Shown: piece after piece, positions 52,017 to 60,277 of the stretch
Layout of the letters: each line of letters starts with the position of its first letter
Position numbering within the stretch: position 1 is the first letter of the stretch
Assembly: GCA_014729775.1 (NCBI GenBank)
Contig: WJJJ01000011.1
Span: 4,606-68,605 of the forward strand
Direction: 5' to 3'
Source of the DNA: Candidatus Omnitrophota bacterium
Lineage (GTDB): Bacteria > Omnitrophota > Gorgyraeia > Duberdicusellales > 4484-171
DNA: 64,000 nt
Notes under the pieces: generated by a model
Database searches by the model: none
Told to the model about the DNA's origin: nothing
What the model saw: only the letters and a program-made list of their open reading frames with translations
Made by a program: the position numbers and the translations under genes

Positions 52017-52849
52017 TGTATTTCCTCCCTTACATAATTAGGCATAACCATCGACGCGTGATGCATATCGGTATTATAATACTGCGTGCGCAGTCCGCGG
52101 CTTTTATACCGTTTCTCCAGAACGGTTTTCCTGATCGTCCTCGGATCGATCTTCTTGGAGCCGATCATACAACTGAAAAACCCCCCCACATAAGTGGGGA
52201 TCGCGGTCAACTGCACGGTTACCACGGGAAACACTTTGCTTAACGTGTGATGATGTTTTTTCATGTCCTTTTTCTGCAAAAATGTCGATCCGGTCTGGCG
52301 AATCATCATCCCGCGGGAAGAAAGCACCCGGTAAATATTCTTGTAAAAGGAGGGGGTAAACAGGCTTTTGGCCACCCCCACCGGATCGGGAGAGTCGACG
52401 ATCACCACGTCAAATTTATCTTGGGTGCCGGTAAGGAACCGCGCCCCGTCCTCGATCACGATTTCCGTTTTGGGATGAGAAAACGCGCCGCCGCAAATAG
52501 AGGAGAGATATTTTTCCGACAAGGAGATGACTTCCCGGTCGATTTCCACGAGTACGGCCTTTTTGACGGGATGCTTGAGCACCTCCCTCAATATCCCCCC
52601 GTCTCCGGCACCGATCAGCAACACCTTCTCAGGTCGAGGAACCGAAAGCAAAAGGGGATGGGTAAGCATCTCGTGATAAATAAATTCATCTCGTTCGGTC
52701 GTTTGAATCGCGCCGTCAAGGAGCAGCACTCTTCCGAACGAAGCGGACTGGTACACCCGAAGATCCTGATGAGGAGATTTCTTCTTATACACAAGTTCGC
52801 CCCGCAGAGCGATCCGCAGATCGTCGTACAACGTCTCTTTAAGCCACAT
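52013..52849 (-). CDS. speE: Spermidine synthase (aminopropyltransferase)
   Basis: 278 aa with VLLLDGAIQTTERDEFIYHEML, LIGAGDGG and DSPDPVG. Confidence 0.9.
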   Translation of the reverse strand: MWLKETLYDDLRIALRGELVYKKKSPHQDLRVYQSASFGRVLLLDGAIQTTERDEFIYHEMLTHPLLLSVPRPEKVLLIGAGDGGILREVLKHPVKKAVLVEIDREVISLSEKYLSSICGGAFSHPKTEIVIEDGARFLTGTQDKFDVVIVDSPDPVGVAKSLFTPSFYKNIYRVLSSRGMMIRQTGSTFLQKKDMKKHHHTLSKVFPVVTVQLTAIPTYVGGFFSCMIGSKKIDPRTIRKTVLEKRYKSRGLRTQYYNTDMHHASMVMPNYVREEIQ

Positions 52850-52850
52850 G

Positions 52851-53225
52851 TTAGAAAATTCCCCGTTTTAATTCCGTGATTTGCACGTGTTCCGGATGGA
52901 ATCCGTCCTTAATGATCGGAACAGCCTCGTAGGGATTCACTGTTCCGCAGACAAAAATATCCATTGCGGCATACTGATATTCCGGCCAGGTATGAATACT
53001 GATATGCGACTCCTGAAGGATGCCCACGCCGGATACCCCGCCTTCCGGGGAAAATTTGTGGAGCTCAAGAGAGAGGAGCGTTGCGTTGCAGGCTTTAACG
53101 GCGGCGGTAAGGATCTCTTTTATCGGTTCTTCTTCGGTGAGTTTTTGAGCATTCCAGAGTTCTATTATCAGGTGTGTACCCGCATAATTAACGTGCCCGT
53201 TAGTGCAACAGAACTCTTTTTTCAT
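52851..53225 (-). CDS. speH: S-adenosylmethionine decarboxylase proenzyme (small, SpeH type)
   Basis: 124 aa with GTHLIIELW and QESHISIHTWPE (the Glu-Ser self-cleavage/pyruvoyl site). Confidence 0.85.
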   Translation of the reverse strand: MKKEFCCTNGHVNYAGTHLIIELWNAQKLTEEEPIKEILTAAVKACNATLLSLELHKFSPEGGVSGVGILQESHISIHTWPEYQYAAMDIFVCGTVNPYEAVPIIKDGFHPEHVQITELKRGIF

Positions 53226-53379
53226 CCCCCTGACAAATCCTTATGGTAGTTTCGTGGCCCATAAATACAAGGTTTTTATATTATTAAAGCAAAAATTTCT
53301 TATTTTGCAAGGATTTTTTTCGATTTTTTCCTCCCCGGGCAAGAATCCGCCGGATCTTTGTTCCGGCCGCGAAAACTGC

Positions 53380-53408
53380 TTGTACCGGAGGTTTTTTTTT
53401 GTTACAAT
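53380..53408 (+). promoter_or_regulatory. Sigma70-like promoter (TTGTAC-17-TACAAT) for tRNA-Thr
   Basis: The -35 TTGTAC lies at 53380-53385 and the -10 TACAAT at 53403-53408, with a 17-nt T-rich spacer. The tRNA begins 12 nt downstream. Confidence 0.45.
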
Positions 53409-53420
53409 TGTCGATATCCC

Positions 53421-53493
53421 GCCCGCGTAGCTCAGTTGGTAGAGCAGGGCATTCGTAATGCTCAGGTCGGAGGTTCGACTCCTCTCGCGGGCT
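53421..53493 (+). tRNA. tRNA-Thr (anticodon CGT)
   Basis: The cloverleaf has acceptor GCCCGCG/CGCGGGC, D arm GCTC-AGTTGGTAGAGC, anticodon stem GGGCA/TGCTC with loop TTCGTAA (U33, CGT, A37) and T arm GGAGG-TTCGACT-CCTCT. Confidence 0.85.
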
Positions 53494-53692
53494 TGTTTCA
53501 AAATGTACTCCCTTGCAAATAGAGGCGAAACTCCGGCCCCAAAGAGAGTGTGAGGGAAAAGTATTTTCCCTCACCGCACGTACTCTTCTCTGAAAGGAAG
53601 GGAGTGACAGCCCCGAGATGAGATCGGGGCGTCAGAGAGAGAAACCGCAGGGTGCCCTTTATGAAGAGGGCCGGGAAACCGGCCCGAGGCAA

Positions 53693-53718
53693 GGAGGTTC
53701 GACTCCTCTCGCGGGCTT
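53693..53718 (+). repeat. 26-nt direct repeat of the tRNA-Thr T-arm/acceptor 3' end (att-like)
   Basis: GGAGGTTCGACTCCTCTCGCGGGCTT occurs at 53469-53494 inside the tRNA and again at 53693-53718. The 198 nt between the copies is non-coding and rich in hairpins. Confidence 0.7.
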
Positions 53719-53807
53719 ATACTATATCGATCCTTGATCCTTGATGCTCGATCCTGAAGTTTGAATTCTTCACAGGAATCAAGGATCCAGCATCAAAGGT
53801 GTGTGAC

Positions 53808-55076
53808 ATGCTTGCTCCCTACATACGCATTCTGAAACGGCGGGATTTTTTCCTGTTGTGGTTCGGTCAGATCATCTCTCAGTTCGGAGACCGGCTCACT
53901 CAAATGGCGCTGATCGGTCTCGTCTACCGTCTCGAACCCGGCTCGCCGCTGGGACTGGCAAAAATGTTGAGTCTTGCCATCATCCCGGTCTTTCTTTTTT
54001 CTCCTGCCGCCGGCGTGTACATCGATCGCTGGGATAAACGAAAAACAATGTACCTGGCCGATATACTTCGCGGGATATTCATTGTCGTCATTCCGCTGCT
54101 GCTGACGCAATGGCAGTCGGTCGCCGCCATCTACTGCCTGGTGTTTCTCTCGTTCAGCTCGGGGAGATTTTTCGTGCCGGCGAAAATGGCGATCGTGCCG
54201 TTTCTGGTGGAGAAAGAAGATCTGTTTCTCGCCAACTCGCTGATTTCGGTGACCGCGATGATCGCGGCGGTACTGGGCTTCGGGCTGGGGGGAATCATCG
54301 TGGAACGATGGGGTGTGAGTACCGCCTTTTATGTCGACGCCGTGACCTTTTTCTTTTCCGGCGCCTGTGTCTTCCTTATGTCGACGAAAGAAAAAGCAAA
54401 ATTCGCCGCTTCGGATTTTCTCCATCTGGGAAAAGACGCGCTGGAACGAGTCAAGGAATCGTTTGTACAGGAGGCAAAGCAGGGAATCGCATATCTTTTC
54501 TCTTCTCCGGAAACCCGCTATGCGACGAAAATATTCTTTCTGCTGTTCGCCTCCATAGGTTCTCTGTACACGATCTTTATCGTATTCGTGCAAAACGCGC
54601 TTTCGACCGTCACCTTTGAACTCGGACTCCTCGCCGTCGGCGCCGGTGCCGGGTTGTTCCTGGGAGCGCTGGGATACGGAAGGATCGCGTCGGGCTTTTC
54701 CGTAAAAAAAGCCATCAATTATTCGCTTTTTTTCTCCAGCACGTACCTCCTTGTGTTTACGCTCACCCTGAATAAATTCCCTTCCTTCCCGCTGGCGCTG
54801 ATCTCCTGCGCGCTCCTGGGAGTCCTGGTCGCGCCGATTATCATCGCCATCAACAGCCTTATTCATCACGAAAGCGCAAACGAATTCTGGGGCCGGATTT
54901 TCAGCTCTTTGGAGATCATTATCCACTTCGCGTTTCTCCTGTTTATGTTCCTCTCTTCTTACCTGGCCAATCTATTTACGCCCTTTACAATCATCGTAGG
55001 AATAAGTATAATAATGATCCTTGCGTCATTCATCCATATAACCGGCAGTAGAAATGATCCACGTACCGGAATATAA
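53808..55076 (+). CDS. MFS transporter (drug/siderophore-efflux-like)
   Basis: About 420 aa with 12 predicted TM helices and an MFS N-terminus DFFLLWFGQIISQFGDRLTQMALIGLV. The ATG at 53808 is preferred over the track start 53799. Confidence 0.75.
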   Translation: MLAPYIRILKRRDFFLLWFGQIISQFGDRLTQMALIGLVYRLEPGSPLGLAKMLSLAIIPVFLFSPAAGVYIDRWDKRKTMYLADILRGIFIVVIPLLLTQWQSVAAIYCLVFLSFSSGRFFVPAKMAIVPFLVEKEDLFLANSLISVTAMIAAVLGFGLGGIIVERWGVSTAFYVDAVTFFFSGACVFLMSTKEKAKFAASDFLHLGKDALERVKESFVQEAKQGIAYLFSSPETRYATKIFFLLFASIGSLYTIFIVFVQNALSTVTFELGLLAVGAGAGLFLGALGYGRIASGFSVKKAINYSLFFSSTYLLVFTLTLNKFPSFPLALISCALLGVLVAPIIIAINSLIHHESANEFWGRIFSSLEIIIHFAFLLFMFLSSYLANLFTPFTIIVGISIIMILASFIHITGSRNDPRTGI

Positions 55077-56352
55077 AGAACCGCAGCATTCCCGCCAGTC
55101 GGAGAGCTATCTCACCCCCAAAAAACTCTACCTGCCTCTCATCCAGCATACCGGAAAACCTTCCCGGCTCTGCGTGAGTGAAGGGAGCACCGTGGAGGAA
55201 GGGAGCGTTCTCGCCGAACGGGACGGGCTTATTTCCGCGGCCCTTCACGCTCCGAAAAACGGCAAGATCGACCGGATCACGTCGTTTCCGCATCCCTTAT
55301 GCGGCCGGGCCCAGACCATCTGTATGACCTGCGCGCCCTCCGCCCGGAGTTACTCTCTCCGCTACAATGCGCTGGCGCAGTCCGGAGAAGAATTGATCGA
55401 ACGCCTCCAGCACAGCGGGATCGTGGGAATGGGAGGAGCCTCTTTCCCCACGCACGTGAAAGCCGCTCCGCCGAAACCGATCACCACGCTGATCCTAAAC
55501 GGCTGTGAATGCGAACCGTTTCTTTCGGCGGATTACCGGCTGATGTGGGAACGCGCCGAGGAAATCCTGAAAGGAACGGAAGTCCTCTGCCGGCTGCTGA
55601 AACCGCGAAAAGTCATCCTCGCCGTGGAATCACACACACAGCCGGTATGCGAACACATACGGTCCGTTGCCGCGAACGGATCGATACGACTGCCCGACTT
55701 TGAACTGCGTATATTGCCCAGTCGCTATCCCCAGGGCGGGGAGAAACAGCTGATCCGGGCGCTCACCGGCAGAGAGGTCCCCCCGAAAAATTTACCTCTG
55801 GACGTGGGCTGTATGGTGCAAAACGTGGCCACCTGCGTCGCGGTGTATGAAGCGGTGTACTTATCCAAACCTTTGATCGAACGCCTGGTATGCTTCTGCG
55901 GGGATGCCGTCAAAGAACCCAAAAACGTCTGGGTGAAAATAGGAACGACACTGCAGGAACTGGTGGAGGAAAAGGTCATTGAACTCGAGGACTCCCTGCG
56001 GAAAATTGTCTGCGGCGGACCGATGATGGGCACGGCTCTTGACGGACTGCACTATCCGATTCTGAAAGGAACCGGGGGCTTTTTATTTTTAAGCGAATCA
56101 TTTCTCCGGGACGAAGAATCTCCCTGCATCCGCTGTGGCCGCTGTGTGGACGCCTGCCCGATGAACCTGGCCCCGCTGGAATACGTCAAGCGGATCACCC
56201 GCGGAGAATACGGCACTCTTTCGGATTATTACATTGAAGACTGCATTGAATGCGGAGCCTGCACCTACGTATGCCCGGCACGAATTCCGCTGGTACATTA
56301 TATTCGTCTGGGAAAGCAACGGCTTCGCGCACAGACTCCCTTGAAAAAATGA
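55054..56352 (+). CDS. rnfC: Rnf electron-transport complex subunit C
   Basis: 432 aa with NADH/FMN-binding SGIVGMGGASFPTHVK and two 4Fe-4S motifs CIRCGRCVDACP and CIECGACTYVCP. Confidence 0.9.
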   Translation: MIHVPEYKEPQHSRQSESYLTPKKLYLPLIQHTGKPSRLCVSEGSTVEEGSVLAERDGLISAALHAPKNGKIDRITSFPHPLCGRAQTICMTCAPSARSYSLRYNALAQSGEELIERLQHSGIVGMGGASFPTHVKAAPPKPITTLILNGCECEPFLSADYRLMWERAEEILKGTEVLCRLLKPRKVILAVESHTQPVCEHIRSVAANGSIRLPDFELRILPSRYPQGGEKQLIRALTGREVPPKNLPLDVGCMVQNVATCVAVYEAVYLSKPLIERLVCFCGDAVKEPKNVWVKIGTTLQELVEEKVIELEDSLRKIVCGGPMMGTALDGLHYPILKGTGGFLFLSESFLRDEESPCIRCGRCVDACPMNLAPLEYVKRITRGEYGTLSDYYIEDCIECGACTYVCPARIPLVHYIRLGKQRLRAQTPLKK

Positions 56353-57311
56353 GGAAAAACTCCGCTCACCCTCTTCGGTTATCCAGTTCCCCTCATCTGC
56401 AGGGAAAAAGGAGCACCCCCTGGCTGATGTGGCAGGTAGTGATCGCGCTGATTCCCGCGGCGGGCGCGTCACTGTTTTTTTTTCGCACGCACGCGCTCTG
56501 GCTGCTCGTTCTCTGCGTCGGCGGCGCGGCGGCCGCGGAGGCAGTCATCGTGAAGATCCGCGGGCGGAAACTCACACTCCGAGACGGCAGCGCGGTGCTC
56601 ACCGGCATCCTGCTCGCGCTCGTACTGCCTCCGTTCACCACGTGGTACGCGGCTTTGCTCGGCGCGGCAGTCGCGATACTGATCGGAAAACACCTGTTCG
56701 GCGGACTGGGCGCGAATATTTTCAACCCGGCGCTGATCGGCCGCGCGTTTCTTCTGTCGGCCTATCCGGCAATGCTGACTACATTCGCGGTACCCGGCAA
56801 TCTGGACGCGGTCACCAAAGCCACGCCCCTTTACCTACTTAAATCCCAGGGGATCGAAACACCGCTGCTGCCTCTGTTCACCGGAACGATCGGCGGATGT
56901 ATCGGAGAAACCTCAGCGGTCTGTCTGCTGATCGGAGGCGTCTATCTGCTGGCGCGCAAAATCGTTGACTGGCGCATTCCTTTGTCTTTTTTGGGCACGG
57001 TGATTTTGATGTCCACGATTTTCTGGATACTCCGGCCCCAGTCCGGCTCTCCCGCATTTCATCTCCTGAGCGGCGGAATGCTGCTCGGAATACTTTTTAT
57101 GGCTACCGATCCGGTCACGACGCCTTCGACAAAAACCGGACGGTATCTCTTCGGAACCTTTTGTGGTATAGTGATAATGATACTGCGTTATTTCAGCGGT
57201 TTACCCGAAGGCGTGATGTACGGAATCCTGTTCATGAACGCGTTCGTTCCGCTGATCAACCGCTACACCAAGCCGCGGCGCTTCGGAACCGGAAAAATGA
57301 GTACGGCATGA
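56349..57311 (+). CDS. rnfD: Rnf complex subunit D
   Basis: Starts MRKNSAHPLRLSSSPHLQ at an ATG overlapping the rnfC stop. It has SSPH, the NqrB/RnfD membrane core, and TDPVTTP (the FMN-attachment Thr region). Confidence 0.85.
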   Translation: MRKNSAHPLRLSSSPHLQGKRSTPWLMWQVVIALIPAAGASLFFFRTHALWLLVLCVGGAAAAEAVIVKIRGRKLTLRDGSAVLTGILLALVLPPFTTWYAALLGAAVAILIGKHLFGGLGANIFNPALIGRAFLLSAYPAMLTTFAVPGNLDAVTKATPLYLLKSQGIETPLLPLFTGTIGGCIGETSAVCLLIGGVYLLARKIVDWRIPLSFLGTVILMSTIFWILRPQSGSPAFHLLSGGMLLGILFMATDPVTTPSTKTGRYLFGTFCGIVIMILRYFSGLPEGVMYGILFMNAFVPLINRYTKPRRFGTGKMSTA

Positions 57312-57868
57312 ACGACACATTGAAAATCACCGGTACGCTTACGGTTACCTGTCTGCTCTGCGCGTTTTTACTGGCGTACGTGGCCGGGATCGCAAAACCA
57401 AAGATTGCAGCACACCAAACCCGTGAGCGACGCGCGGCGATTCAAACGCTCATCCCCAACGCAGAAACGATCCGTCCCTACCCGCAGCGGGAGAATCTTT
57501 TTCGGATATACGACGCTTCGGACACGCTTCTGGGGTACGCGTTTCTTGCCGAAGGCCAGGGTTACGCCGGCACGATCCGCCTGGTGGGAGCGCTGGATGC
57601 GGACCTGTCGCGCCTGCGGGGAATCAAAGTCATCGAATCCGTGGAAACCCCGGGTCTGGGATCAAAAATCACCGAAGAGGATTTCCGCGGTCAATTTGAG
57701 AATTTGAAGGTACGCCCGAAGATCGGTCTTACCAAAGGAGAAACGTCAAAGGATACGCAAGTACAGGCGATTTCAGGCGCAACCATTTCCTCAAAAGCGG
57801 TGGTATCGATCCTGAACGAAAAAATATCCCTGATCAAAGCAGTAATCGAATCGAACAGGAATCACTGA
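57308..57868 (+). CDS. rnfG: Rnf complex subunit G (FMN-binding)
   Basis: Starts MNDTLKITGTLTV with an N-terminal TM, and has VETPGLGSKI and ISGATISSKAV (FMN-bind domain). The ATG overlaps the rnfD stop. Confidence 0.85.
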   Translation: MNDTLKITGTLTVTCLLCAFLLAYVAGIAKPKIAAHQTRERRAAIQTLIPNAETIRPYPQRENLFRIYDASDTLLGYAFLAEGQGYAGTIRLVGALDADLSRLRGIKVIESVETPGLGSKITEEDFRGQFENLKVRPKIGLTKGETSKDTQVQAISGATISSKAVVSILNEKISLIKAVIESNRNH

Positions 57869-57873
57869 ACGCG

Positions 57874-58458
57874 ATGAACAATTTTATCCGAGGCCTATGG
57901 AATCAGCATCCGATTTTTCGCCAGTTACTGGGGATGTGCCCCACGCTGGCGGTCACCACTACAGCGGTCAACGGACTGGCCATGGGAGGAGCCGTGATCT
58001 TCGTGTTGTTCTTCTCCACGTGCGTAGTTTCGATTATTAAAAGTCTTATCCCGGCCCAGGTACGGATCGCGGTCTATACGGTGATCATCGCGACGTTCGT
58101 CACGATAGTGGATTATTTTTTTAAAGCGTACCATCCCGATATCAGCGCCGCGCTGGGACCTTATCTGCCGCTGATCATCGTCAACTGCATCATCCTCGGC
58201 AGATGCGAAGCGTTCGCGTCCAAAAACACGGTGCGCGCGTCCGTAACGGACGCCCTCGGCATGGGTGTCGGTTTTACCTGGGGATTGTTCGTACTCAGCG
58301 GTATCCGCGAATTCCTGGGACAGGGCACGCTCCTGAACCGGCAGGTATTACCAGCCGGTTTCCCGGTACTGGGCGTAATGGTGAGCGCCGCCGGAGCATT
58401 CCTCGCGCTCGGATTTCTGGTCGCGCTGATGAACCGCATTGAACAATGGAAAACTTGA
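57874..58458 (+). CDS. rnfE: Rnf complex subunit E
   Basis: 194 aa with LGMCPTLAVTT and LPLIIVNCIILGR, the RnfE/NqrD family motifs. Confidence 0.85.
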   Translation: MNNFIRGLWNQHPIFRQLLGMCPTLAVTTTAVNGLAMGGAVIFVLFFSTCVVSIIKSLIPAQVRIAVYTVIIATFVTIVDYFFKAYHPDISAALGPYLPLIIVNCIILGRCEAFASKNTVRASVTDALGMGVGFTWGLFVLSGIREFLGQGTLLNRQVLPAGFPVLGVMVSAAGAFLALGFLVALMNRIEQWKT

Positions 58459-59027
58459 TCCTTATTTTTATCTCAGCCATACTGCTGAACAACATCGTCC
58501 TGTCCTATTTTCTGGGCATCTGCCCGTTTCTGGGCGTTTCCGGGAAACTGGAGTCGGCGCTGGGAATGGGAATGGCGGTGACCTTCGTCATGACCCTGGC
58601 CACCAGCATCAGCTGGCTGATCTATCACGAGATACTCCTGAGGTTTCAGATCGAATTTCTCCAGTACGTGGTATTCATATTGGTGATTGCGTCCCTGGTA
58701 CAGATCGTCGAAATGTTTATCCGGAAATTCTCTCCGCCGCTGTACCAATCCCTCGGGATCTATCTGCCGCTGATCACCAGCAACTGCGCGATTTTGGGAA
58801 TCGTGTTATTTATGGTCGCCAAGCATTACCGCTTTCACGAAGCGGTTACCTACGGCTTTTCCGGCGGTTTAGGTTTTTTCCTGGTACTGCTGATCATGGC
58901 CGGCATCCGGGAGGAATTGGCCTATGCTGATGTCCCGCAAGTGTTTCGGGGCGCTCCGCTGACCCTGATCACGGCCGGTCTGCTCGCGCTTATCTTTATG
59001 GGATTTCAGGGACTGCTGGGGACATAG
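58446..59027 (+). CDS. rnfA: Rnf complex subunit A
   Basis: 193 aa with NNIVLSYFLGICPFLGVS and LPLITSNCAILG, the RnfA/NqrE family motifs. Confidence 0.85.
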   Translation: MENLILIFISAILLNNIVLSYFLGICPFLGVSGKLESALGMGMAVTFVMTLATSISWLIYHEILLRFQIEFLQYVVFILVIASLVQIVEMFIRKFSPPLYQSLGIYLPLITSNCAILGIVLFMVAKHYRFHEAVTYGFSGGLGFFLVLLIMAGIREELAYADVPQVFRGAPLTLITAGLLALIFMGFQGLLGT

Positions 59028-59031
59028 ACCG

Positions 59032-59847
59032 ATGAACACAATTACTCTTTCAGTACTGGTCATGGGAATTACCGGCGCGGCGTTCGGGTTGCTGCTTTCC
59101 TTTCTTAATAAACGGCTCGCGGTCCGGGAAGACCCGCGGGTCAAACAGATCTTGGAAACGCTTCCCGGTTTAAACTGCGGCGCCTGCGGTTTCAGCGGCT
59201 GCCGCGCCTACGCCGAAGCGGTGGTACAGAAACCGGAAAATTTCCGCGCCTGTCTGCCCGGAGGAGAAAAAACCAACAACGGCGTCCGCCGAATCCTGGG
59301 AATACGGGCACCATCCGCCGGAAATGAAAAAAATACCACCGCGGTATGCGCCTGCGGCGCCGAATACGGAGAGAAACTCCGCAGCACGGACTACTGCGGT
59401 CCAAGGAACTGCGCTGCGGCCGCATTAATCCGCGGATACGTCGACTGTCAGTCCGGCTGTATCGGTTTCGGCGACTGCGTGGAGGTGTGCCCGGCAGACG
59501 CGCTCACCCTGCGCAACGGAAAGATCCACGTGAACCACCAGCGGTGCATCTCCTGCGGAAACTGCCTACGGACCTGTCCGCGCAATCTGTTCCGGATCGT
59601 CCCGCTCAACCACGCCGTCTGCTACGTCGGCTGTAATAACCGCGAGAGCGGACCGGACACGAGAAAAGTCTGTACTCGCGGCTGTATCGCCTGCGGATTG
59701 TGCGCCCGGGTACCTGATTCGCCGTATTCGCTCAAAGAAAATCTTTCGAATCTCAAATACGCTCCCGATTCGGCATCAGCACAGTACGCCGGAAAAGAGA
59801 AATGTCCCACGAAGTGCATCTGGACGATTTCGACGGACCAAACTTAA
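59032..59847 (+). CDS. rnfB: Rnf complex subunit B (polyferredoxin)
   Basis: 271 aa with an N-terminal TM, a CGACGFSGC motif and several CxxCxxCxxxCP ferredoxin clusters. Confidence 0.85.
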   Translation: MNTITLSVLVMGITGAAFGLLLSFLNKRLAVREDPRVKQILETLPGLNCGACGFSGCRAYAEAVVQKPENFRACLPGGEKTNNGVRRILGIRAPSAGNEKNTTAVCACGAEYGEKLRSTDYCGPRNCAAAALIRGYVDCQSGCIGFGDCVEVCPADALTLRNGKIHVNHQRCISCGNCLRTCPRNLFRIVPLNHAVCYVGCNNRESGPDTRKVCTRGCIACGLCARVPDSPYSLKENLSNLKYAPDSASAQYAGKEKCPTKCIWTISTDQT

Positions 59848-59860
59848 CCACCGCATTGAG

Positions 59861-60277
59861 ATGTTGAAAACGAAAGGAAAAATAACCGAAATGCAGACAA
59901 ACCGCATCAAAATAAAATGCGAGCGCAACACGATATGTTCCTGCTGCCGCTACGCGACGTTTTGCGGTGCTACCGAAAAGGAAGAATTCTGCGTCTCGCC
60001 GAATCCCCAAGTCACCTGCGCGCCGGGCGACACCGTGGAAATAGGGATCAGCGAGCGAGCTCACGCGGCCGGCGTCTTTCTGCTCTTTGCCGCGCCGCTT
60101 ATCTTATTCATAGGAACGTTATGGCTGACGCGCCGGTCTTGGCCGGCCTTGAGCTTTCTGGCGGCAACCGGATTGATGAGCGGGTATTATCTGTGCGTGC
60201 GTCACCGTCTTACTCACCACGCGGCTTATTTCCGTCCGCGGATCTTGAGACGAACCGAACAAGGAGGGCACCCGTGA
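59861..60277 (+). CDS. RseC/MucC-family (SoxR-reducing-system-like) membrane protein
   Basis: 138 aa with an N-terminal Cys cluster (CERNTICSCCRYATFCG...C), APGDTVEIGISE and two TM helices. It lies immediately after the rnf operon, as rsxABCDGE/rseC do in enterics. Confidence 0.55.
   Translation: MLKTKGKITEMQTNRIKIKCERNTICSCCRYATFCGATEKEEFCVSPNPQVTCAPGDTVEIGISERAHAAGVFLLFAAPLILFIGTLWLTRRSWPALSFLAATGLMSGYYLCVRHRLTHHAAYFRPRILRRTEQGGHP

Noticed and set aside
53494-53718. tmRNA or a second complete tRNA (intron-containing or permuted) in the structured insert
   Set aside because: Only the T-arm and acceptor 3' strand are present. No matching 5' acceptor strand, D arm, anticodon arm, or tag-peptide reading frame with a resume codon could be identified.
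53793-54926. 377-aa minus-strand ORF antisense to the MFS transporter
   Set aside because: It is extremely R/E/D/G/K-rich low complexity, whereas the + strand encodes a clean 12-TM MFS protein.
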